Of a DNA stretch of 64,000 bases, positions 51,798 to 64,000 are shown one piece after another. Positions within the stretch are counted from its first letter, which is position 1, and every line of letters begins with the position of its first letter. This DNA comes from Euprymna scolopes (Eukaryota). Below the pieces are notes generated by a model. That model was not told the origin of the DNA. It made no database searches and saw nothing but the letters and a program-made list of their open reading frames with translations. A program made the position numbers and the translations under genes. The DNA is taken from assembly GCA_053919585.1 (NCBI GenBank), contig CM132790.1. One strand, given 5' to 3'.

Positions 51798-52698
51798 AAT
51801 AACATAAAAATATAACACGGAAATTACATAATTGTCGATACAATAATTTATTTCAACCTTATGGTATTTTCAAGCATCTAAACTAGACAATTACATTTTT
51901 GATACGGAAAGAAAGAAAAGAAAGAAAAAATTGGGCCTCGACCGTCAAAATCCACTTAATACATTTTATAGAGAGGGTGGGAGGGATTTTTTAAAAGAAA
52001 ACAACAACAACAAAAGAAAAAAATATTGTGATACTTATAAACGGCAGCTCGATGTAACCACAGATGCACACACACAGACACACACACGCAACACACATAC
52101 ACACACCCACACACACATACACACACACACGCCCCTAAATATGCACGTTCTTACACGTAAATGCCTTGACACGCGTTTACTAACCTAGGAAGAAGAGGGA
52201 GAAATATACGGATATAGAGAGAAAGAAATAGAATAAACAGCGCGTAATGGAAAAAAAGAAAAAAAAAGAGACAGTGACCAACCGCTGCCTGTCATAAGGT
52301 TTCATTAGTCTAGAATCTCTGAGAAAGATAAGGGAAAGAAAATGGAGATTATACTCGGGTCCTATAGTTAATTGAGTCATGGAAAGTAAGTCTATTAAAA
52401 GATAAATAAAAAAATAAAAAAAAATTATATACAAAGTTTTAAAACTATCTGTATGTTATTATGTTAGAAATAAATATTATCTTATAATACATTTACATAT
52501 TGTATTTGTAATATATTACTATGAATTCAAAAAATTGAGTCTTATGTAGTTAATATTTTATTAAGTTAAGTTTTTTCTTTCTTTCTTTCAGTATCAAAAA
52601 TGTAATTGTCTAGTTTAGATGCTTGAAAATACCATAAGGTTGAAATAAATTATTGCCTCGACAATTATGTAATTTCTGTGTTATATTTTTATGTTATT
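51798..52698. mobile_element. Non-autonomous element with long (about 125-bp) near-perfect inverted repeats
   Basis: 51798-51920 is the reverse complement of 52575-52698 with few mismatches; non-coding interior; bordered by (TA)n. Confidence 0.8.
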
Positions 52699-52711
52699 TT
52701 ATATATAAATA

Positions 52712-52774
<63 letters not shown>

Positions 52775-53387
52775 ACGCGTGTGTATGATGGCAGCCTGGT
52801 TACCTTCTAACATGGCGTTAAAAGTCTTTTTCGCCATTTTTTTTTTGCCATTTTAAAAATTATCAACTTAGTATATGATCCTGTCATTTATCTAATATTT
52901 CACTTTTTTCCATTCTATTTTGTTTTTAAATCCGTCTCTATTTGTAATTGATTTTTGAAAATATCTGAAGAATATACCAATAAGCAAAATATGATATTTT
53001 TCGTTATTGCCGGTTGTATAAAAAATAAAGTAAGGAAAATAGACCATGAATGTGAGCTGACTTTATCGTTTGGTCGATTGAATGTAAATAACCATCTATC
53101 TATTTTATCCGTCTAATTATATCTTTCTTTCAAACTATATCTTTCTTTTTTATATAAAAACTAAAACTTTCTATAGAACTAAATAAATATAATAAATAAA
53201 AATGCATATTACACGGCACAGAAAGTAAACTACATATGTCAAGGTAGATAATTTTCCAAATATAACCCAATTATCACCTACTGATTACATTAGTATAACC
53301 TACAAATTTGCACGAAATTTGTTTGCATGAACAATAATAGTCACTCTCCAGACCACATCTAACAAAAACAAACTGTCACATAATAGT

Positions 53388-53528
53388 CAAGCTTATAACT
53401 AATTTAATACCGTCACAAGTTTATAACTAATTTAATACTATCATAAGTTTATAACTAATTTAATACTATCATAAGTTTATAACTAATTTAATACTATTAT
53501 AAGTTTATAACTAATTAAATACTGTCAC
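53388..53528. repeat. 28-bp tandem repeat, 5 copies
   Basis: Unit TAAGTTTATAACTAATTTAATACTATCA. Confidence 0.92.
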
Positions 53529-54313
53529 AGATTAATCCATCTACTCGTCAAGAGAAAAGTTGTCAATCGCGCCGACAAATTTGGAAAAGCTATTAAAATT
53601 CATAATTTCTTATACTTTTATATCTTATATTCCAAGATTAGGTAAGTAGAAATACTAAACCTAACACAAGTCATTTTTACTATTTCTCGAATTAATGCCT
53701 TGAATCAGTATCAAATGATATACACACCCGTTTAACGCCGTGCACTCAGCTTGATCAAGATGGTCTGCATTTAATGAGATTAAGATTTTGATCACACTCG
53801 AGTATTACACATGCCGAGCTATCATGAGCGTTTAAACTGGTAACAGAAAAAAACACCTGAATCTACAAAGACTTTGCCAACTGAGATACATGAATATAAT
53901 CTAAAGAATTTTGACGAATTTTCTAAGAACATATACAGACATTAAAAACAGTAATAAATATATTAATCTATAAGGTAAATTATAAAAAAAATAAATACAC
54001 CACTTCTTACGTGAACAACTAGTTACAAACAACATTTTAAACACATTGAATATTTTTCTTGATTGAATATAAAATATGAATGCCGGAAAGGCAGCCAGTT
54101 TCACCGTTATAATTTCGTTTGCGGAATTTGAATAAATAATGGAAGCTATAATATGTATCTAAGATAACGTGCAATATTTTATCTTTAATCTATAATAACC
54201 AGTTTGATGAAACGCTGGTATCCTTACATAGATCATTATATTTGATTTTGTAGAACGTACGATAGAGCACTATAATTTTTAAAACTGATTTGTAATAAAT
54301 CGTAAACTGACAC

Positions 54314-54356
<43 letters not shown>

Positions 54357-54973
54357 TATGTGTGTGTGTATGTGTGTGTTTGTGTGTGTATACTCTATGT
54401 ATTGATCACCTGTGATATGTGCTATATGTACGAGTTAAGGGTGACTTTATGACTAGATTCGAATTTCACAATCAACAGTAATTATCACTTTCTACATTGA
54501 TAATTGCATACACATGTGCCTATAATCATGAAAATTGACTGGGGATATTGTATATATTGTATTATATAATTATATATATTATATAAGTTATGATATGGCT
54601 GTAAAAAACGAAAATATATTGCAAAACGCAACTGAATATGAATTGCAACTCAATTAAAAAAATAATTTTTAATTGTTTCCGGGATTTCCTCACGATTACT
54701 AATGCCTAACGATATTTCAGAGGTATACATCTTTGTTAAGTGTTTTTGATTTTTTTTCTGTGTTATGGTCGTATATTCTGCCAATGATCGCAACAATTAT
54801 TTTCAGGATAACAGAAATTTAAGAATTAAATCTTTTACAATTTATAATTTCAATCAAATCGAAATAACATACATTTTTCATTCATTTATATCCATTATAC
54901 TCTATTATCCCTGTATTTAGATTAATTTTTACATTTAGTTTTGAACTATGCAAGCATATAAACAAATCTAAAT

Positions 54974-56097
54974 TAGGCACCGCCAAAAATGGAATATGCA
55001 AAAATATTATAATATAAGTACCTGGATTTCGAATAATTCCACTTATTCATATAGGCAACCAGTTACTTCGCGTCGATCTAGAGTCTAGATCGACAATGTT
55101 TACGTTTGTAGTTGATAAAAAGCAAACTATGGAAGACCAAACAGGTCAAAAAAAAATTATTTTTCAGTGACGAAAATTTCAATGTATTATTAACGCTGAG
55201 GCTGGTCAGTACCAGATGGGTGACCATTTGTATGAGTTTGGTTTTTAATGTGTATGTGTGTGGGGCCAGGCTCCCCAAAATGGGAGGGGGCAATTTAAAG
55301 CAGAATAAAAAAAAATATTTCAGCGTATTTGGTCCACCGTAGTCGAAAGGCGGCAAACGTTTTCAACGGGATCGAAAAAATGATGCTATTGTTAACACAA
55401 AGGGCACAATATTTATGGAATGCTATTGTTAACACAAAGGGCACAATATTTATCGATGCTATTGTTAACACAAAGGGCACAATATTTATCGATGCTATTG
55501 TTAACACAAAGGGCACAATATTTATCGAATTTTCTTTTTTTGTATCGATTCTTCAAAGCATGCCCTGTTTAATAATGGTCATGCATTATTCAGCTCGCTA
55601 AAAAATGTTTATTTATTTATCAAAGATTTTCAAATGGCTTTTTTCGTATAAACATTACTTTTTTTTTCTTAACTTAAATTAATTATTTTACTTAACATAT
55701 TCACCGAATTTCACACTTCAAAACTCAAAAGCGGGATAATTAAACGCAATCGAAGTTCTGATATTCAGACGTCAAAATAAGGTATGCAAACGATTTTTTT
55801 AATCTATAATTCTGTCCCTTACAACAACACAATATGTTGTGTTCAGTTTCAGATGATTATTTTGAGCATATTTGTACCCCCTCAAAACAAAGGGGGGTTT
55901 TGTAAGCAAAAAAAATATATATATAAATATCGTTTATGAAAAATAAGTACACTGTTATAAAGTCCATTCTTCTCTAAATAATCGCTGAAAATTTCGTATT
56001 AATATGATAATTATTTGATTTTTTGTAGATTTTTAAAAAGACGGTCCGTCAAAAAGTACTTACCTGCCCCCCCCTCCCCAGTTTTTGGCGGTGCCTA
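54974..56097. mobile_element. Complete non-autonomous hAT-type element with an 8-bp TSD
   Basis: TIRs TAGGCACCGCCAAAAA / TTTTTGGCGGTGCCTA; perfect TSD ATCTAAAT at 54966-54973 and 56098-56105; internal 36-bp repeat x4 at 55382-55527. Confidence 0.9.
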
Positions 56098-56395
56098 ATC
56101 TAAATTAATACATATTACATACACATTATTTTTATTACAAAAATGAGTTGCAATGATTGATATTTCGTTCTTCGTGATAGATAAAACGCACTTCCCGTAT
56201 ATCTACATTATACATTGGGGATACCTGGGTCTTATCAACCTGTCCAAGGAATTTCTTGATTAACCAGATAGCGTAATATCACATCATGGTTTTTTAAACG
56301 AAAAAGAAAAGTCACCTCCGCGAGAGGTTGCTGTATATGTTGAGCGTCTAAAGAATTTTATGCTTGCTAACTTTCTGGCAGAGGTTAGGAAGATA

Positions 56396-57526
56396 CGAAG
56401 TTCAAATTCCAGGTTATTTTTGTACAGGGATTTAAAATTGACGTAAACCCTCGAAACTTCAGTGTGTTAAGGCATATGAGATGACTGATCAGTTTTTATG
56501 ATTTCACGTTCATGTAGAAACCTACAGTAGGAATTGGAATGCACCTTACTAAAGCCAAAATTTCACATCAGCGGAATTTCAAAAATGCAATCTGGACGTC
56601 GGGACACTTTAGAAGAAGGGTATGCAATAGAATTCTCTTTAAACATTCGAAAAATTCTACAGAAACGTATAAAATTATTTTACATGATCTTACATGAATT
56701 GAGCATCAGTTTTTGAGAGGCACAAGAGATTCAACTAAAGTCAGGAGTCTGTACGGTATGATAAAAAGTGTGGGAGGAATAAAGAAGGCAGACCACCAGT
56801 ATTGACTGGTCAAATAAAGACTTTCATGAATTAGGACCGTCATGTGTCTATGGACATTGTGCACAGTTTACTGACCGTGTGGGAACTGTACATAAATTAT
56901 TCGCAAAGAACAGAAGATGCGGAGGATTCGCACTAAGTTTTGCCCAAAGTTACTCAGATAAGACCAGAAAGACGTTGTCATGACATCAGGGAGATGGTCA
57001 AGTTGATAAATTCAGATCCCGCAGTTCTTGATTCTCTGATGGCCTACTATTTTGAGAGCATGGGCATATCTACATGAACTGGGTTCCCACTTAACAGTCA
57101 GTCAACAAGGAATATTATGTTAAGATTTTAATGGAGGTCAGGGAGAGTTTCCCTCGGAAGAAGCCAACAATCCTCAAGTCGGGTCAGTGGCATTTCCACC
57201 AGACAATGCACCAGTCCACAACTCCATCCTTGTCACAGACTACTTTATAGCCATATATTGCTGCCAGTGACTTTTAGTTATTCCTTAGGCTAAAGGAAAA
57301 CTATAGACACTGTCGTTATGAGACAATTGAAACGCAATAAGCTGTGACGATTGTCATTGACTTGCTCACACAAGAGAACTTCCATGGAGCGTTATAGAAG
57401 TTGCTGGAACGGTAAAAATGTGCATTGTAAGCGGAGAAGATTACTTTGAAGGGGTCTAGAGGTTCACATGTATACAATCAATAAAATTTCATGAAAGATT
57501 TGTGGAATCTTGTTTAATGTACCGCG
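56396..57526 (+). mobile_element. Decayed mariner element
   Basis: MQSGRRDTLEEGYAIEF (HTH start), WVP..SVNKEYYV, WHFH.DNAPVHNSILVTDY and terminal DYFEG; degenerate TA-CG...CG-TA ends. Confidence 0.85.
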
Positions 57527-58445
57527 TATGTGTTAGCTGCGATACATTGTCATTAGTTTATGAGTAGTTCGATGAAAATTCTTCAGTTGAACCGTTAGAT
57601 TGGAAGCAAGTTTTCCAGACATATGAATTTTGAAACATCAATCTCTCTTCAAGCAGGTGATGCTCTGACTAGATGAAAAAATCCCCGTGAGAGTTAAAAG
57701 ATTAGTCTTATAATATAGTTCTCGAAAAGGATAAATATACAGACCGATATATTATGCGTTACACAAACAAGAAAAGGAGAAGAACATAAAACTAATTTAT
57801 AAGCGATTGTTCGTGCACTACTATTCGCGTATTAAATAAACGTGTACATAATTTGCTTTAATACACTGTGATTTGTATTGTATTTGGAATGAGGACAAAC
57901 TTATTCAACCTGTATTATCTACGAGGGATACACTAGTTATTCTTAGCCTTTTCTGTTGTATTACTCCTGCAGAAATAAAACGATTCGAATCTCCTTCGGG
58001 ATATTTTATAGTTTATTCTTTTGGATCATTTTACTTCCAGCAGCTAGTTTGTATACATTAGATATCAAACCGTTGTATCGTTCGGACTTTAACCGCAAAT
58101 TTCGAGGTTTCTCCAGCTTGTGACTAGTTAATGTAAACTGGAAAATGTGATTACTTATTCCGACTAGAATGATCCTTTCTGGACAGAATAAATGTAGTCT
58201 TGAACACTAAAAGTCTAACCAATTCGTGTTCATTCTACTACAAATTTTGTTGGGCAACTAATCGGATTTTATCAGCAATAATTAAATGGAGATACGGTTG
58301 GTAACACATAGTCTGAATTTCAGTGAAAATAAAAAAGAGACATTACTTAAGATATTTATTACGCAACCAGGTCCTATAGAAGCTACGTATTTTATTAGGG
58401 AGTGATCATTGCTGATAAATCATGGGAAAGAATATTCCAATTAGC

Positions 58446-61400
58446 TTGGTTGTTTGTCTAACCAGCATATCCACCTTTATTGAGTCATTTAATGCTGTAT
58501 ATAAAATTTTAATCTTTAGATGAGTTCGGTGTTATGTTCCAGTGGGTATATTCAGATAATGTGCAGCTATGGTTTGTTATTTGATTGCTCTTTTTAGGAA
58601 GTTTAGAATGTTTTATGGCCTTTTTGTAAGAGTTCTTTTTAGTTAGTGGTCTTGCAGAAATGTTGACGAATTTGTGTGATGTCATAGCAGCCAGGTAAAA
58701 GTGCTTCACCGTATAAAGTTCGTGGCATAGTATATATTTGGGAGGTTTACCACTTTTTAGTATGTAGAAATGAGTTTATTATGTGTGTCCTATCCGAATG
58801 CGTGATATACTACTCTTTTTACGCGATTTTATGGGATTTAATAGCTTGTTTTAAGTACAGGCGCAATTTGAAAGAGTGTGGTTTTGGTAATTTTTCTAGT
58901 TTCCTTGACATTTTTTTGTAACACAATTGTTGTCTGAAGGCTTGCAGTTCGTATATGAGACCTTTGTGTCGCTTATCTGGAGTTTTAGGAAATTTTTGGT
59001 CGCAATGTCAACATTTTCATTTCCACGGAAACCATTGTGACTAGGAATCCACCAGAAGAAGAATGTTTTTTGTATGATAGATTGGCTCCTTTGTATCAGT
59101 TTGTTAGTAAGAGATTTCTTATTTTTTAATTTTTTTATGATTCTAGTACTGACAATGAGTCTACAAATATTATGACTTTCTTGGAGTTTTGGTTGGTGAT
59201 AACATCTGGAGGCAAGTTTATGATTGTAATTTCTACACTATAGATTGAGGAGTTACTTGTTAGCATTTCCCGCCTAATAATGTTTTCTGAAATAACGGCA
59301 CACCCCACTTTGCTTTGATCTTTGGAACACTCTTTTTTTTACATGGTGGTCACCACTTATCAAGGCCCGGAAGCCACTCAGGGATAAGGGTTATTGCAAG
59401 TACAGTACGTTAGTGTGGAGATTTGATGAAGTGTTTATTAAAGGGGGCGGTTCATTAGGAATTTGTTAACGTTGGACTTGAAGACATCAAAGTTGTAGTC
59501 AAGTGGGAAGCAGGCAGACGAAATAGAGTTCTACAGGCTTGCAGTTCTAAGAAAGAAGCTTTGTTCATGGAGTCCACGTTTTGATTTAGGCACAGATATA
59601 GAGTGGGGGACATTTTTCACAGTGAATTAGCTAGACGGGTGTTTTTCGTGAAAGATTGGCGAGGGGGACGAGAGATTGGAGTTCAGACGAGCACCTGCCA
59701 TGGAAATAACGATTAAACAAGGATAGGCTCGCAATGTTTCTTCTGTGGGAGAGAGGTTGCAGGGTAGAGAAAATGGCATTCCCCACTAAGCCACGAAGTC
59801 TATTTTGTACTCTGTCAAGGCAGAATAGGCTGTTTTTAGCAGCTCCTGCTCAGATATGGCAGCAGTATTCAATCCTTGGACGTGCTTGGCTTTTATATAG
59901 ATAGAGAATTGCATCAGTAGTGAGATATCTTCTGGAGCGGTAGAAGGATCCCACCATTTTTCCAGCGACCTTGGCAACAGACTTGATGTACGTGTTATAT
60001 TTCAGATCAGGAATAAAGGTCAAACCCAGAAGCTTGTCAAAACACGGGGCCTCTCCCAGACAAGAGCCATCCATCCCAATTGATGCCAGATGGGGATCAG
60101 AGCGTTGATGATGTAAGGATAGGAGTTTGGTTTTAGATGCATTAAAGGTAACCAGCCACGTCTTCCCCCACTGAACCACGCGCTCGAGATCAGAGGAGAG
60201 AGAACAAGAGAGAACTTTGTCATTTACAGCCTTTGATGTGTTCCCGTAGATGGTCGTGTCATCAGCATAGATGTCAACGAATGATTTAAGTATGTGTTTA
60301 GGGAGGTCATTGATGTAGATGAGAAAGAGAGTTGGGCCCAGGACTGAACCCTGAGGGACTCCAGCATTAATACTGCAGGCCTCCGATTTTTGTCCATCGA
60401 CCACTACTCTTATGAGCCTATCGGAGAGAAATGATTTAATGATCGAGAAAACATTTCCAGTTATACCGTAGCTGGAAATCTTGTTAAGTAGACCCTTATG
60501 CCATACCTTGTCGAAGGCCTTTGATATGTCAAGAGCAATTGCCCTAGAAAGGAAGCCTTTGTCAAGAGATTCATTAATCCTCTGGGATATAACCGTCAGC
60601 ACATATGAGGTAGATCGTGCAGAGCGTAAACCATATTGTGTGTCACTAAGAATGTTATTCCTGCTGAGGTGGTTTACTATCTCTCTATTTAATATGGATT
60701 CCAGCAACTTACTCATAGCACACAGGAGACTTATTGGTCTGTACTGAGATGGGGATGACTTATCACCTTAGTTCTTAAATACAGGGCAAACTGATGAGGT
60801 CTTCCAGCGAGTCGGAAAGCACGTCTCCTTAAGGCAACGCTTAAACAGTTTCGTAATTATGGGAGCAAGTTCTGGTTGAAGCCTTTTTAACACTATAATT
60901 GGGATGCCGTCAGGGCCAGTTGCTTTACTGGAGTCAAGGTTCTTGATTAGCTTGGCGACCTACTGCACGGATATTTGTATGTTACCTAGCGTGTTCTGTG
61001 TTATAGGAGGAAATATGGGGAGTTGATGGCCTTCGTCGCATAAATTTGGGTAAGAATCCAGAATATTGTTCAGTTTTCTCTATAGTCTGACGGGTGAGTA
61101 TTGGATTGTCAGGTCTAGTATGACTTTAGGTTGATTTAAAAGCCAGGGTGAGAGTTTTGTGAATTTTTTTTCTTGTGGATGGTGGTTTGTCTGCAAGTCG
61201 TGATATTTTTTCTTACATGTAAAGACAAAATGGGTAAATTGCATTTTCTATTTTTTTGTAAATAGATGTATGGAGTTTGGTTTGAAAGTGCATTGATAGG
61301 CAGAACTTTTTGGGGATTGATTTGAGTTTTAGATAATATTGTAAGCCTAATTGTTCACGTCTGAATTTTAGGAGAGATTATAGGCTTCAGCATATAAGCT

Positions 61401-61488
61401 TTCAGTCGGGGAGAATTTGAATGCCCCTAAAGCAAGTCTTGTTCCCGTGTGATGGATTGGGTTCTGAGTTTTAAGGTAACTTTCTCAG

Positions 61489-61519
<31 letters not shown>

Positions 61520-61750
61520 GGCATCAATGAGGTTAAACCATGTATAAAAATTCCATAGGGTAGATTGGCTTTTATTAGGGTTCAATGTTATTTTAGGAGT
61601 GATGAGCAGTCTGATCTCCACTCAGTATATGCTATAGCACTTAATACTTGAAAGCTTTTGAAACATTTTTGTTTTCAATATTTTAAGTTAGAGTTGAAAG
61701 AGTGTATTGTTTGTCAATTTTATCCCTGAAATATATGTTGGTTAACTATT
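58446..61750 (-). mobile_element. Decayed Nimb/I-clade LINE with RNase H, split by CR1 copy B
   Basis: Minus strand: GAFKFSPTESLYAEA (about 61390-61430) and KPWL; after the CR1, SKDQSKVGCAV..SSIYSVE..IFVDSLSVL..WIPSHNGFRGNENVD (RNase H) and RIRIGHT...TVKHF (C-terminal zinc-knuckle region). Confidence 0.85.
59333..61040 (-). mobile_element. 5'-truncated CR1 LINE, copy B (same family as 21386-23543)
   Basis: ORF 59850-60716 is an RT (ALDISKAFDKVWH, GVPQGSVLGP, YADD); same 3' UTR and A-tail as copy A. Confidence 0.96.
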
Positions 61751-63374
61751 TCGATTTTTGTTCCTTTTAGAGTGAGAGTATTGTCATTGTGCATCTTCAA
61801 AAAAATGACAAAAATGTACTACTAATACTACTACTAGTACTACAACTACTAATACCATAGTAGGAAAACAATATGTAACAATAATACGAATAGTAATAAT
61901 AAACGAAACGTAACAATACAATAAATAAACCTATTAAAACGTGCTGAGTAAAAAAAGTAAACAAATTACACATGGAAGACAAATAGATATCGCTCCAAGA
62001 AGAAATAGATTATTATCAGAATACAAAATGCCGCGGAATATATTTCACTATACCAGCTTTTCAGATTGTGAAACTTAAAGATACTTAATAGAAGTAGAAT
62101 TTGCAAGAATGCTTATTGGACCACGCAAGGTGAGAACTACTGTATGAGGACTTGTAGCAGTTTATAAAAATGTACATCTATAAGACTAAGTTACGTCATC
62201 TGAGAAAGTGATTCGTAGAGCAAGTTCCTTGAATGAGCAGGGTAAAAACACCTTGTATGGTTTATCTCTTCTCTTTTCCACGCAGCCTGTCGTTATATAA
62301 TTTGTTCTTATTTTAATATTAAATTCTAGACTAAGCTAAACCGTCTGTTTCTTCATGTGAAAATATCATAACAGAAAGTAGGTTCCACTTCTGCTACACG
62401 CTTTCTATTTTTGTTTATGCATCTATAACCAAGCAAAACTTTCATGAATAAATTCTACTTCTGTAACCTTCAAATATGGGGTGCAACGTATAATGGAACT
62501 ACTTCCTAGAGCGTTATAATATAACCTTCTACATTTCTAGCCGGACCGTATTTTGACATTTTGACAGAAATAAATTCTGGAAAATTCCACTCATTATGTT
62601 CAATACATTCGTAGTATTTAACTCATTGATGTGTCAATTTCATCCATCCTTCTTCTCAAATCGATACCCATAAGTCGACTAATGGTAATGTATTATTTAA
62701 GCAATTTACGCAATCAAATATAAAACTTTTAGATAGAAACACGAAACAGTACTTCCAAAACAAAAGAATTGTTTGGTTTCCTCAACAGTGGAAAAAAATA
62801 AAAGATACGTATAATACCATTCAGATTTTGTATAAAATATTCAGAAAACTGTGAGCACTATGAAAAACTACTTGTTGCCAATAAAACTATCCATATAGTG
62901 TTATACGATTGAATCTATAGTCGACAGTAGAACAATAATTAACAAACAAATTAAAATAAAAAGCATCACTTCTTGATGATATTGATTGATACAATAATGA
63001 TAGTAATAGTGATGGAAATCACACAACTACTATACTAGTACATAGTTCACTTCTACTACTACTATTACTACTACTAATACTACTACTACTACTACTAATA
63101 ATAATAATAAATTGTGGATCAATAATTCTTATTCGTCAATCATTTACGATAAAAGCGAAGGAAAAGAATACCCTCAAGAATAATCGATGGAATTCTCCAA
63201 GTTTAGTGATGTTTGTTTTTGTTAGTTCTCTTTTACTTAACGCTGCAAATCAGATAAAACTAATGAAATTGCGATAAAGTAAATAAGATTTCGCCTTTGT
63301 TTGTTTTGACCAAGATTCGATCTTGTAGTAAACCACTTACTTTCTTACTTCTATGCCGACCAATTCTAGCCAAG

Positions 63375-63457
<83 letters not shown>

Positions 63458-63587
63458 CTGAGTGTGTGCCAGTATGTAGGTGCGTTTCTCAACAAAATGG
63501 CATTTCACAAATATTACTGTTGCGAAAATATTTGTACAAAAATATGTTTGTATGAAAAACATAACAAAAGATTTAAAAAACACACAA

Positions 63588-63647
<60 letters not shown>

Positions 63648-63857
63648 GTATAATATTTGTTTGTTCAGATATCCGTATATCATTTTCTTTATTAGTTAAA
63701 ACTTTCTAAAAGTGGAATATTTGAAGCAAATTCCAAAAATATATTTTACTAGATGATGTGTTTATTGCGCGCTACTCATAGTAAGTCGCCGAACAGAGAG
63801 CTTTCTCTCTTCATTGCTAGGATTAATAACAGACTGATTTATATTTATGAATAAAAT

Positions 63858-63912
<55 letters not shown>

Positions 63913-64000
63913 CGATACAGAAAATTTAAATGTGTATATCTTTTCTGTATCTATTTCTTATGTGTTGACGTGTAGGAATACAAAAAGTCTTTTGAAAAAG

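Noticed and set aside
57900-58400. Possible L2/CR1 endonuclease remnant on the minus strand
   Set aside because: Only a weak GISNH-like motif; too decayed to support.

Overview
AT-rich eukaryotic (invertebrate animal) nuclear DNA with long (TA)n microsatellites and one assembly gap (12488-12743). The TE families resemble ones I associate with cephalopods; this is an inference. No host protein-coding exon is recognisable. The window is mostly transposable elements: a full-length Helitron (23570-30493, Rep/Hel ORF with two in-frame stops), a decayed second Helitron, a non-autonomous Helitron end, a near-intact IR/DR Tc1, an intron-containing Tc1 interrupted by a CR1, a mariner relic, two hATs, three CR1 LINEs, an RNase H-bearing Nimb/I LINE, an internally deleted RTE, a Gypsy relic with its 3' LTR, two Penelope-like elements, a 5S rRNA-derived SINE, foldback elements and a 39-bp satellite. 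A CpG-rich unique block at about 13.8-14.6 kb looks like a host promoter or non-coding exon. The most unusual observation is an unclassified ~1.5-kb repeat present twice (about 6.2-7.75 kb and 19.07-20.7 kb). Its copies differ mostly at synonymous positions in + strand frames where TAA/TAG codons are conserved and interchange with CAA/CAG. This suggests coding DNA written in a TAR=Gln (possibly also TGA=sense) genetic code, embedded in a standard-code genome.
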